Shown: piece after piece, positions 24,167 through 36,223 of the stretch
Layout: every line of letters starts with the position of its first letter
Numbering within the stretch: the stretch's first letter is position 1
Assembly (NCBI GenBank): GCA_964016885.1
Contig: OZ024741.1
Location: 228,284,001 to 228,348,000 of the forward strand
From: Eledone cirrhosa
Lineage: Eukaryota
Direction of reading: 5' to 3'
DNA length: 64,000 nucleotides
Notes under the pieces: generated by a model
The model's input: only the letters and a program-made list of their open reading frames with translations
What the model was told of the DNA's origin: nothing
Database searches by the model: none
Program-made: the position numbers and the translations under genes

Positions 24167-27100
24167 CATGAAGATACAATACTGTCGATTCAAAAATCCA
24201 CAAGAAACACATGGAACGGCACAAGCTTGGAAATTTTGGTCCAAATGTAACCGACAGAATTTCCAAGATACCAAAAAGGGTGCCAGGAGACAATAGAAAC
24301 TATATACACATTTCGGTAGAAGGAGGGAGGCCACATTGTTTTAAATGCGCAAGCACATCGCATTTAAAGGTCTCCTGTCCCTTCTTACGACCCCCCCCCC
24401 AAAAAAGTACTTTTACCAACACCAACTCCAAAACCACTACAACAACAACACACAAAACAAGCAAACACACAAATGCAAACAACTGCTAAACCACAAACAA
24501 CAGAAAAAACACAAACAATTCCGCTGAAAAACACAGTCCCACCCCATCCTACTCCATCAAAACACTACCACAATCACACACACAAACACACCATCATCAC
24601 ACAATGTACCCCTCCCACACGGCCCTGATGACGATTCATCGCCAGACGAGGCTACTTCTCCAACCCCAAGTGAAGATGAAGGAGAGCCTCGGAAAAAAAA
24701 AAAAAGAGACACCGCAAAGCCACAAAAACACCAATCACCAACACGAACACACAACCAACAACACAAACAACAACACAAACACCTCCACAATCACCCCCTA
24801 CCAGAAAAACAAACACCAACACCAACCCAAACACAAATGCCGACCAAAAAAGAAAACTACAAAATGAACAACAAACTAAAACAACACAACAAAAAACAAA
24901 CAACAATACACATACATTAGCACAAACAACAAAAATCTAATGGAGGTCATCTCCTAAGACCCAAAAGTAGAAACTGAGGGGAAAACTTTTGTCAAGGCAG
25001 ACTCTCAACCACACCTAAAACTGATAAGGGTTTCGATAGAAACCTATCAGAAATTAAAAGAACAATTTTCGCAGGACGTTGGAAACCCACGTCAAAAGCC
25101 CATTAACCGCGTCCCATTAAAATGTTTCCCCACCCCACTCAACACCCCCACCAGCACCCAAATGGAGATTGAACAACCCGATCTCCAGGAAACGAAAAGT
25201 GCACTTCTTCGTCCTTTTCGTCAACTCTTCTCCACCAACATGGCTGATTTACGAGTTGGAAGCGTGAATGTGCTTGGCCTAGAGATGCCCTGGAAACAGG
25301 GCCAACTTTTAAACGACCTGAGGTCACACGGTATGGATGTGATATCCATCACCGAGTCCAGGATCCACAACAGGCAGCAACTAACCCCCATCTTCGACGA
25401 CTTTGAGATCTACGCATCTCTCTGTCAGCCAGGAGGTGAAGGTGGAGTGGCTGTCATGTTTCGGAAGAACCTGGACGTCGAAGTACAGCAAGTACACTTG
25501 GACCCGGAGGGTAGACTGGTAGTCCTAGACGTGAACAGTATTGTAGGTGGAGCCTTCAGACTGGTGGCCGACTGGGCAAACGCGGCCAGACTTCTTTAAG
25601 CGTCTAGAGTCTTTTCTGGGAACGTTTCGCTCCTTGCTTTTAGTGGGGGACTGGAATGGTATCCTAGACGCATGATGGGACTATGTAGGATCATGTCCCA
25701 GTAGAGGGAGGTGCAACAACCTCAATAATTTAATCGGCCAATTCCAACTGGCCGATAGGTATTGACTAGATTTCCCGACTGCACCACAGTGGACGTGGGC
25801 AAACCGCAGCGGGGCATCCAGATCGTTTTTAGACAGGTTCTTTATTAGAGAGAGAGACAAGGAGATGTTAAGCTGTCCACAAATGCACATGGTTGCCTAT
25901 TCAGACCACAAACTAGTCATCTGCATAGTCAACCGTGATAGAATACATAGACAAGGACCCGGATACTGGAAGCTGAACGTGTCGCTACCGACACGTAAAG
26001 CCTACAGTGAACGGATAAGTAGATTAGTTAAGCACACAATTAACGGTAGCCATCGTCAACAATAGATGGTGGTACTCCTTCAAGAAAGCCATTAGAGTAG
26101 AGTCGATAGACTTTAGCAGGGAGTTAGCCTTAGAGAAAAAAAAAACAGAAACGGAACTAGTTGCCAAGGTAGAGGAGGCGCTTAGGAGTGGCAACGTAGC
26201 TAGAGTGCTAGCAACGAGAACGGCACTGGACCAGTTCTTCGATGCGAAACACGAAGGCTGCGTGGTCAGAAGTAAATCACATGCTCTAGGAAACTAGGGA
26301 GCGAAAGCTGTTAGCTGGGCCCGAGTGGCAAAGGATAAAAAGTCCACGATTCGGTCTTTGAACGAACAAAACTAACGCGTGCTACTTGACCCCAAGCGGA
26401 GGTGCGTGGCCTTCCAGCGGCACTTTGCGCAACTGTTCGAGCAGAGTGGCGGTACGTCGAACGGGGCAATGGACTTCGGTTCATACCTCGACGGCCTGCC
26501 GCGTCTCTCGAGCATGGACGCCGAGTTCTACGAAAGACCGATCACAGCCACGGAGATACGGGACGCTCTGGGCCACTGCGGGAAACGCAACTCACCCGGT
26601 CTAGATGGTCTACCCTATGAGTTTTACATAGGCATGCCGGACTTGTTCTCTGGCGTCCTCGAGGACGACTACCGTAACTGGCAGCAGAACGGGAGAATTC
26701 CCAGTTATGCAGGCAGGGGCGTAGTAACGCTGATCAGGAAAGACGAGAACAAGGGGGACGAACTAAGCAACTTTAGGCCCATAACTCTGTTCAACACAGA
26801 GTTAAAGGTGCCAAAGTGTTGGCAACGATGTTGGCGCTTGACGTTGAGAACCTGGTATGGAAAGCGCAAACGTGTGGAATCCCGACCAGGTTCATACACG
26901 ACAACCTCCACCTCATGCGATACATCATAGAGAGCGTGGGGTGTGAACCCGTCTTCGGTGGAGCTCTGATCAATTTAGATCAGTCTAAGGCGTTCGATAG
27001 GGTCGACCATCGATACTTGGAAGCGGTTTTCAAGGCGGCCGGTTTCGGGCCCGTCTTCAGAGGCTGGATCGACGCAATGCACACCAACATCTGCTCGACA

Positions 27101-28884
27101 GTCAAGCTGAACGGCTACCTATCGGAGCCATTCGCCATCCAACAGGTATGCCCTCTCTCCTCCATTCTGTACGTACTGACTCTAGAGCCACTATTGCTGA
27201 AGTTGGAGCTGCTGCAGGGCATCCCGTTGGAACCGGGACTGCGGAAAGCGGTGTCGGCTTATGCCTACGACGTGACAGTAGTGGTGTCGGAATCCTGGGA
27301 AATCGGGGCGATCGGCAACTTACTGCAGGAATATGAAAGGCTCACAGGAGCAAAACTGAACCCGGACAAGTCTGTCGGTTTGCAGCTTGGAACGTGGAGA
27401 GGCAAATCGATGCCGTCCGACAGAGTCGTCGGACGCTGGACGGGCGCACCGGTGAAATTGCTCGGGGTCTATTTCGATCCAGACCTCCAGGTGGAGAAAA
27501 ACTGGAACGAGGTCACGACCAAGGTGTTTGCGGTCAGCCAGAAGTGGATAGAGTGCAAACTATCCTTGAAAGGTCGAGCGGAGGTGGCGAACACTTTCAT
27601 AGCGTCCGTCATATACAACCGCTTGACCGTCGTGCCTTGTCCACGTAAAACGCTTGCCAAAATGGAGCGCGCGCTCTTCCAATTCCTTTGGGAGAAGCGG
27701 GCTCATTTGGTGAGAAGGTCCATCTGCTGTCAACACCCTCCCAACGGAGGGCTGGGGGTGCGGTGGCTGACGATGCGCAGCACGCGCCCAGGCAGCGGTA
27801 CCTCCTCGTATTCCTCACCGAGCAACCGGTGTGGGGCCCGTTCGTTAGGCGAGCCTCCCCGCTACTCGTCTCCCGGACGGAGCTGCAGTTCTGGGTCAAG
27901 CAAAGACCGAAGAAAATGAGCGACTGGCACATCGAATGTGCGCAGGCGCTCATAGTCCTCTGGCAAGCGAACCCAGCAATCAGTGGAGACTCCACCTCAT
28001 CATTCTATAGAGGGTTGGTGCGCAGCAAGTGCGACGACACTCTCGGGGAAACTCTAGGCGTAGAGGAAGACGAACTGGCTAGTTTGTTCGGTAGTACCTT
28101 GCGCCCGGGACCGATGGACAACCAAAAGTCCCTAGCCTGGCAGTGCTACCGAGGAGCTCTAGCCGTTCGAGACAAGCTCTACAGACACGGACGCCCGGAC
28201 CGGGGGGCCGGGATACCTCGAAAAAGATGCGTGCAAGACGAGGAAACCGTTGCGCACGCATTCGTACACTGCCCGGACGTTACTGACCTGTGGAGCTACG
28301 CAGAACGACTACTGTCACGGGTGGGACAAATCCAGTTGACCACAGAGTCCATTATTACGATCAAACCGCCACCTTCTTTCAAAAACGAAGGAGAGGCGGT
28401 TTTCCTGTGTGTTATGGCTATGGTAAAAGTGATTATATGGTGAACGAGGCTGAAAGGGCTGAGGTCAGACGCCTTTCTCTCCGGCGAACAACTGGTTCGC
28501 TTCTTCAAATACCACTTCAGAAGAAGAATCAGAGTGGAGAGAGAGCTACTGCACGCCAGTAAATTTTCCGAAAGGTGGGTGAATGTGGCAAGAATGGCCC
28601 GAGTGGTTGGGCCTTCTCCCTATATAAACCTGTAGGTTGAGGTAAAAGAGGAAGAGAGGAAGGGAGCGCTCACTCTTCGTGCTGCTGGAAATGTGGGTTG
28701 TACATTTGGTCGGGGTGTGTACAACCCATGTGTAACGCCTCACCCCTATTGGGGATTTCGATTATTAAATTTAATATTGTTATTAATTCTTTTTTCTTTA
28801 CACTCCTGTATGTAAACTCCCCACTATATGTATGTATTTGCATTTGTCCCCATCTTTTTGCGCCCTTGTGGCGAATAAAGAAAT
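24167..28884 (+). mobile_element. Tx1-like element copy C: partial ORF1 (CCHC) and complete but degenerate ORF2 (25240-28635)
   Basis: CFKCASTSHLKVSC knuckle, MADLRVGSVNV, SPGLDGLP, NLDQSKAFDRVDH and ETVAHAFVHC. Ends AATAAAGAAA-TATC. Confidence 0.92.
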
Positions 28885-29218
28885 TTATCTATCTATCTAT
28901 CTGTTTGTCTATCAAACCAGGAACTTTCCCAAAGAAATATAAAACCAAGATTGACAGACAAAGAAGAATTTCACAGTCTAATGATAGCATGTGTAAGATC
29001 AATACTATATTTGGGTTAGCACGTGAGGTGGTGGAGGTGTTGGTTATGGTGTTGGTTGTTGTTGGTGGTGGTGGTGGGGATAGTGGTAGTGGTGGTAGTA
29101 GTGGTGGTGGCGGTGGTAGTGGTGTTGATGGTGTTGGTTGGTGGTGTGTGTCCCTATGAGAGATTTGATGAAAGAAACATTCACCTTTATCTATCTTTCA
29201 ATCTCTCTCTCTCTCTCT

Positions 29219-29288
<70 letters not shown>

Positions 29289-29400
29289 GAGGTTATATTT
29301 AATTTGTTGGGATACAACAAGCAAAATATTTTTATAACTGATATAAAGCACTCAACAAATTATTGGAGTAAATATACAATATATTAACAAACCTATATTA

Positions 29401-29466
29401 TATTTTATCTGATGAAAGCGCACCATAGTTTGCCTTGGTGGCCCTTGAAATATGTATAATGAAATA
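29401..29466 (+). ncRNA. Hammerhead motif (family 1) in a PLE terminal remnant (29290-29510)
   Basis: tattttat-CTGATGA-aagcgcacca..tggtggccctt-GAAA-tatgta-TA-atgaaata. Confidence 0.7.
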
Positions 29467-29511
29467 AATATGGTTTTATAAATATAGTTTCCATTTGTTA
29501 ATATATTGTAT

Positions 29512-29616
<105 letters not shown>

Positions 29617-29745
29617 GTAAGTATGTATGTATACGTACATACATATATGTATACAGACGTACAGTAGCATGTATATATATATATAAGTAAGTGCCATACT
29701 AAGAGTGAGAAATGAAATTTCGTTTTTCGTTTTCATTTTTTTCAA

Positions 29746-29810
<65 letters not shown>

Positions 29811-29836
29811 AAAGAACGAGATAAATTCGCACACAT

Positions 29837-29867
<31 letters not shown>

Positions 29868-29871
<4 letters not shown>

Positions 29872-30075
29872 ATGTTATAAAGCTGAGTGTCGTGTGTATG
29901 TATGTATGTATCCTACACACCTCTCTATAGTTTGTTAGCTTTACTCTCTCCGTCGCTCTTCTCTCTCTCTATAATAGATCATTCCCCCTCTCTATAATTT
30001 AACTTCTTTACTCTCTCTGTCGCTCTTCACTCTATATAACAACACTGTTTTAGTTTCCGTATCTCCCTTCAATAT

Positions 30076-30117
<42 letters not shown>

Positions 30118-30223
30118 GGAAAACTACACACACACATCTACAGAGAGAGACCGAAAAACAGAGGGAGGCGAAAAGAGAGAGATAGACCGTTAGACAGAGA
30201 GAGATACAATTAAAGTGTTAGTT

Positions 30224-30265
<42 letters not shown>

Positions 30266-30360
30266 AAGGACAATGTGACACGGGAGGGTGTGTGGTATCT
30301 TTGCAGTGGAGTGGTAGGGGCAGGTATACCTAGCCGGGCACCAACCGGACGAGCCTTCTA

Positions 30361-30362
<2 letters not shown>
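29868..30362 (+). mobile_element. Putative non-autonomous Helitron
   Basis: 3' GC hairpin ccgg...ccgg followed by CTAG|T; microsatellite-rich interior. Confidence 0.4.
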
Positions 30363-30414
<52 letters not shown>

Positions 30415-30499
30415 GTACATACATATATGTATACAGACTACTCAGCCGTTAATATGCATAAGGTAAGTATATACGTTCAACAATCTGGCAGGAAGGTAT

Positions 30500-30542
30500 A
30501 CGTTGCTGACGATAGCTAATAAGCTTGAAACTAGTACAACGT
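30500..30542 (+). ncRNA. Very compact hammerhead motif (family 4)
   Basis: acgttg-CTGACGA-t agct aata agct t-GAAA-ctag-TA-caacgt. Stem I is a perfect 6 bp. Confidence 0.78.
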
Positions 30543-30821
30543 TCCTTTGTCAGAGTTGAACAAACGAGCAACGATGGTTGCTGGACACTACGGCTTAATA
30601 CGGGATGTTTGTTTACAAACACACCGAGCATTATATTAAATGTTCGGTGAATCCAACGTACATATATATATATGTGTGCATGTATGTATATATACATACT
30701 ACTGTACGTCTGTATACATATATGTATGTACGTGTACATACTTATATTTAAGTAACAGCCGCACTAAGAGTGGGAAATGAAATTTCGTTTCATTTTTTCC
30801 GTTTATATATATATAAATATC

Positions 30822-30840
30822 AGTATATATATAAAATTAA

Positions 30841-30875
<35 letters not shown>

Positions 30876-31843
30876 TGTGTGTATGTGTATTACCTATAGG
30901 GGCCTACATCTTACGACCGATTTTCATGAAACTTTACAGGCTCATAGAATAGTCATCGGGGAGTATTTTCTATATATCAGTGTATGTTTTTTTAATTTTT
31001 ATTCCGGTGTCATTCTGCAGATAAAAATCGATAGGGGGGTCACCTTTTTTTAGGTATCGGAAAATAAGATTTTTGGCACTAGCTCCCACATTTTGCCACC
31101 GATTTCGTTCAAATTTTAAAGCAAAATAGAATTTATCATTGCACATCCTATAATGGCTTTATATTTTGCATTTGTTGTTCAGGGACGGCGTGGCAGACGC
31201 TTAAATATTCAAAAATACCACTTTTAGACTCAAATTTGCACTTTTTCTGCTCTAGCTCCCACATTAATCAACCTACTTTGTTCAAATTTTACACTACGCT
31301 AGATCTGATTATTTCACGTTTTGGATTTTTTGTTCAGGAACAGCGTGGCAGCCGCTTAAATATTCGAAAATACCACCTTTTCGCTCAAATTTCCGCCTTT
31401 TCGGCTCTAGCTCCCACATTTTTCAACCGATTTCGTTCAAATTCGAAACTTCGGCTCTACCTCACACATAAATCAATTTATTTGGTTCAACTTTTATACT
31501 ACGATAGAACCTATCATTGCACATCTTATAGATGGTCAAAGGCAAAACGATGGCCACTGACATCGTCTGAGGTTTTAGTTGTGTATTTGAGTATTTATCG
31601 GTTTCCAATCAAGTAGCGTGAGGAAATTTGGTTTAGTGTTAGAGGTCATTACCTCCCTCCCCCAGCATGCCACTTCGTCAGTCACCCGCGTTTCTCAGTG
31701 ATAGAGGTCATCACCACCCTCGCCCGCATGGCCTGTGTGTGGCCATAGATGAGTCATCGAGAAGCAGTCGCTAAGATCAACACCTTTTCATCAAAGCTGA
31801 TATTATTTTACCTACCCAGGCAACGCTGGGCACTGCTGCTAGT
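30822..31843 (+). mobile_element. Putative non-autonomous Helitron with internal subrepeats
   Basis: 5' tatatataaaatt..., repeated ctagctcccacatt units, and a 3' hairpin cccaggcaacgctggg followed by CTAG|T. Confidence 0.6.
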
Positions 31844-31939
31844 ATATATATATATATATATAACGAAGGAAATGTGGTAAGGAACCAGGTGGACCATAAC
31901 GCACCAAAGTACTCAATACTTAGGGTAGTAGAGTGGGTA

Positions 31940-32043
31940 ATAGGAACGAGTAGGACCCCGACGGCTGAGCTCAAGCCGTTTCGACGGCTAATTGAATTAG
32001 CCGTCGAAACGGCTTGAGCTCAGCCGTCTGTGTCCTACTCGTT

Positions 32044-32048
<5 letters not shown>
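31940..32048. repeat. GC-rich foldback hairpin element, second copy
   Basis: ataggaacgagtaggac..gacggctgagctcaagccgtttcgacggctaatt and its reverse complement. Confidence 0.85.
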
Positions 32049-32083
<35 letters not shown>

Positions 32084-32222
32084 TACTTAGGGTAAATATT
32101 GATGCAATTCAAATCAAGCACTCAACGTACTCATTCCACATATGAGTGACGGAGTAAATATCGAATATCCCATGTCGATTCAATTTGGATTGCCTCGGAA
32201 ACATAACCTTATTATGTAACAA

Positions 32223-32280
32223 GCTGTCTGACGATGTCGCGAGACTGGCGCACTTTCGCCATTGAAATATATATCACAGC
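32223..32280 (+). ncRNA. Hammerhead motif (family 5)
   Basis: gctgt-CTGACGA-stem II-GAAA-tatata-TC-acagc. Confidence 0.72.
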
Positions 32281-32400
32281 ATTATTATTAAAGGACTTTA
32301 CGGGGTCGATAAAATAAAGTACCAGTAATGTACTGGGTAATTGCTGGCCTTGTGCCAAAAGTAGAAACAATTATTATTAAAGGACTTGAACATTTGAAAC

Positions 32401-32434
<34 letters not shown>

Positions 32435-32541
32435 TGTGTGTGAAAGTGTTTATCATATGCTACACATATATACACACATAAACGGAGAATGGGAAATGAA
32501 AGAAAGAAAGAAAGAAAGAGAGAGAGAAAGAGAGAGAGAGA

Positions 32542-32575
<34 letters not shown>

Positions 32576-32984
32576 TGTATGTAATATTATCCACTCTCGG
32601 GTATACAGGATCGATATCCAACTAGTCAGTACTTTCCTCCTGGGACTACGTTACTAACAAGAAACCAATTAGTCTCCTATGCTTCATCATCGCATCGATT
32701 AAATATGGTTGATGTTGTTATCTATGGTGATCTTCAATCGTTTTGGTGGTAGTTTTATTGTTGTTGGTGGTTGGTGATGCTCGTGGTGATGTTGATGTAT
32801 TTGTTGTTGTTGTTGGTGGTAGTGGTGGTGGTGGCGGTGGTGATAGTAGTACCAGTGGTGGTGGTGCTGGTGATGTTGATGTTGATGTGTGTTGTAATAG
32901 TGCATTTAGAGTGGCCCATAAATTCCATTGAGGACCATTTTTCTACGCCACAATGTTTTGTATTTTCCATCATGCATACGCAAA

Positions 32985-33245
32985 TATACGTTGGGCCTCC
33001 GTCGGTTCTGACGATGAGCGTTCCTTTTGTATGAACACCAGAACAGCTAGCTCGTAAAATTAACGTGCAAGGGGGTAAGCATTCTACAAACCCGTACCCT
33101 CTTAATATACTTCTTAGGGAAATTTACCGTGTTGCCAGCTAAACTCGAGCAACGTGAAATAAAATGTGCTGCTAAAAGACTTATCACACTGCCGGGATTC
33201 GAACTCACGACCTTATGATCGAGACCCGAACACTTAGCTGCTCAC
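32985..33245 (-). mobile_element. Diverged tRNA-derived SINE
   Basis: Minus-strand B-box gtgagttcgaatcccggc followed by a ttttatttcacgttgctc body. Confidence 0.55.
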
Positions 33246-33284
33246 GTTCACTGTGAAGGCTCGTACATATATATATATATATAC

Positions 33285-33479
33285 CAGACCTGTCAACTCT
33301 CCCCGTCCGACGTGGAGATCTCCCACCCACTATAGGGTGGGTGAAAAATGTCTTCTCTTGTGAAAATGGGTATAGCTTTCATCATATAAAATCTCTCCAT
33401 TTTGCCATATTTCTCCCTGTTTGGGGACACTTTCTTTCATGGTACTCTCCGTTTGGATTTTTAGAGGTTGGCAGGTCTG
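33285..33479. mobile_element. MITE with TIRs of about 16 bp (hAT-like CAG ends)
   Basis: cagacctgtcaactct ... agaggttggcaggtctg. The TSD is not clean. Confidence 0.6.
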
Positions 33480-33894
33480 ATTACACCTATCCATACTACA
33501 AACACTTGGAAGTGACTATCTGAGAGCGTTTACATAGCTGCTCGGTCTAGTAGAAATAGCAACCGCTTTACCTTAAATCCTACTGTTATAAAAAGGAAGG
33601 GCGCATTAAACATTGTGGTCCTAGATATATAAAATGTCGGCTAAAACGCCACTGATAGTAGGTTTGCTCAGGGTTGATCTGTTAAGTAACAAGAAGTCTG
33701 TATGATTCTTTTAGTAACGTCAGTTGATCATTGGTTTTCGATTCACTATATTACACGTGGCACCCTGGCAAGTGTGTATTTAGTGTGCAGAACTCCCCCA
33801 TCGCCGTGGTATTTCGAATTAACGTCCCTTCGTTCAATGTACGTATGCACGTTCGTGTCGGCCGCCTCTTCCACCGCTGCAGTATGTATGTATG

Positions 33895-35851
33895 TTCTTC
33901 TGGTTTTATAATTTCACAAATTGTTTACCAATAGAGAGAGAGAGAGTCGCTTTCTAACATAGACACAATACTCTCTCATTAGAATTTACACAACATCAAC
34001 TAGGTAGATTATGTATGCATGCATGTGTAGATATCGATGTTATTGTATGTGTGGATGTGTATGTTTTGAGTTGTATGTGTGCATGTGAATATGCTTTGTA
34101 TCTGTACATGTGTACATGCAGTTATTAGATGCAACATGTTTGGAATGTTTTACATATTTTTACTGTTCCATTAATGGATTGTACTTGTAATTTCCTAACT
34201 AGTTGTGTTCTTTGTGTTCCTGTGAAGCCTAGGCTTCTCAAGATTTGTATTGAGGCAGTTACTAACATACCCCAGTGCCCCAATAATCACAGGCATAAAT
34301 CTGAAGGTGTAATCAGTACCTGCAGATTTCTCATCAGTTCTGCATAAATATTCTCCTTTTCGCTAATCTTTGATATTATATTGGCATCTGCTGGGCAGCT
34401 AATTTCCACTACTGTGCATGCTTTCTTCTCCCTGTCCCATATCATAATATCTGGTCTGTTATGCCTGCATTTTATTGGGGGTTTTACTGGAACATTCCAC
34501 CAGTACTCTTTCATATTATGTACATGGATGTCTTCCACATTGCTGTAGCTTTTAATGTGTTTATTATCGGGGCTATCTTTTTTACGAACTGCATTGTACA
34601 GTGTTTTGGCCACTACATCCTTCCTCATAGGTAGATAGTACCACGATGACATCTTTGGACAGCTGCTGATGATAGTTCTGCAGAGTCTACACTTGTTATC
34701 ACATCTAGGGGTTTTGCCTGCATCCCTATCTCTTTTGTGAATCAGGTATTTCGTGTTAATCTCCTGTTATCGGATTGCAAAAGCGTATCCTTCAAAGTGG
34801 GAGCCAATATAGCGGTTGTTGGTCCAAGATAGACTACTTTCCTTATCTATATTACTCTCATTCTGGAGCTCTCTGGCAATAAATCCATGCCTGACTTTTT
34901 GCTGATAAGCATGCAGTTTTTCATCCATGGATTCACTGTGATACTGCTGAGCGACTTCCCTGGGTGTGAGTTTATGATTATCAGACAGGGAATATCTCTC
35001 GAGGCGTTCCTTCCCAACTCTCATGATTTTATCTGTTTCATACAAATAGACTTGCTCGAGAAACGGGCTCCTACGCTTCGAAGTCCGTAGATGTTGTCGG
35101 AGGGATATGATGCGACATTCAAATGTTGTCTGGACTGATGTTAGGCCTCTGCCTCCCTGCTTACGTTTCAAGTAAAGGCGGTCTATATCACTCTTGATGT
35201 AGAAGTTTCCGGTGTTGTTTAGTATTTTTCAAGTTCCAACATCAACTGCTCGGATTTCGTCTATCGTCCAATCAAGTATTACAAACGTTGGTGTTAGGAC
35301 AGGCACAGCAAACACAATGTGAGCCACTGTTTTGTTTTGCGCAGAGAGTTCCGATGACCAGATCTTTCTTAATCGGGTGTAGTATTCCCTGGTTACGCGT
35401 TCTTTATTACAGATACGATTATAGGATGTTCTCATCTATCCCCAGGTATCTGTAGCAGTCCTCATCAGATATCGGTGAAACAGTTAGGCCATTGATGACA
35501 ATGTTTCTAGATTGGGTTGTGGTTTTTTCCCCGCTTTACAGTCATGTATGAGCATTTATCTTGGCCAAACTCCATTCCTATATCCTTTGAGAACGTTGTA
35601 ATCAGGTCAAGATTTTTCTTCATCCCAATCATGTTCTTGGCATAGAGTTTCAGATCGTCCACAAAGAAATTATGGGTTAGGTTCGTATTTTGGTCCTCCT
35701 GCGAGCCAATGATGTATCCCTCACATTTCTTGAGCAGAAAGAACAAGGGGTTTAATGACAAGATGAACAATATCACAGAGAGACTGTCCTCCTTAAATAT
35801 ACCCCCGCAATATTTTATTTTACCAGCGAAAATCGAGTCCTCCCTCTCTGT
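33895..35851 (-). mobile_element. R4/Dong-like element, third copy (5'-truncated)
   Basis: Colinear with 12878-14850 and has the same TATG|TTCTTCTGG 3' junction. Confidence 0.88.
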
Positions 35852-35959
35852 ATAGATATGTTTATTTGTGTGCGTGTGTGTGTATATATATATGTATATG
35901 TATTTTATTATTGTTGTTGTCGTTATTATTATTGTTGTTATTATTATTATTATTATTAA

Positions 35960-35994
<35 letters not shown>

Positions 35995-36007
35995 ATATGT
36001 ATATGTA

Positions 36008-36042
<35 letters not shown>

Positions 36043-36223
36043 TTCTTTTTTATTATTATTTTTTATTTATTAATTAATTTTTTATTTATTTATTTATTTA
36101 TTTATTTTTCTCCTCGTGCAATGGCCATACTCGATAACGAGGGGCAGCCATCATCATGTATGTATGTATGTATGTATGTATGTATGTATGTATGTATGTA
36201 TGTATGTATGTATGTATGTTTTT

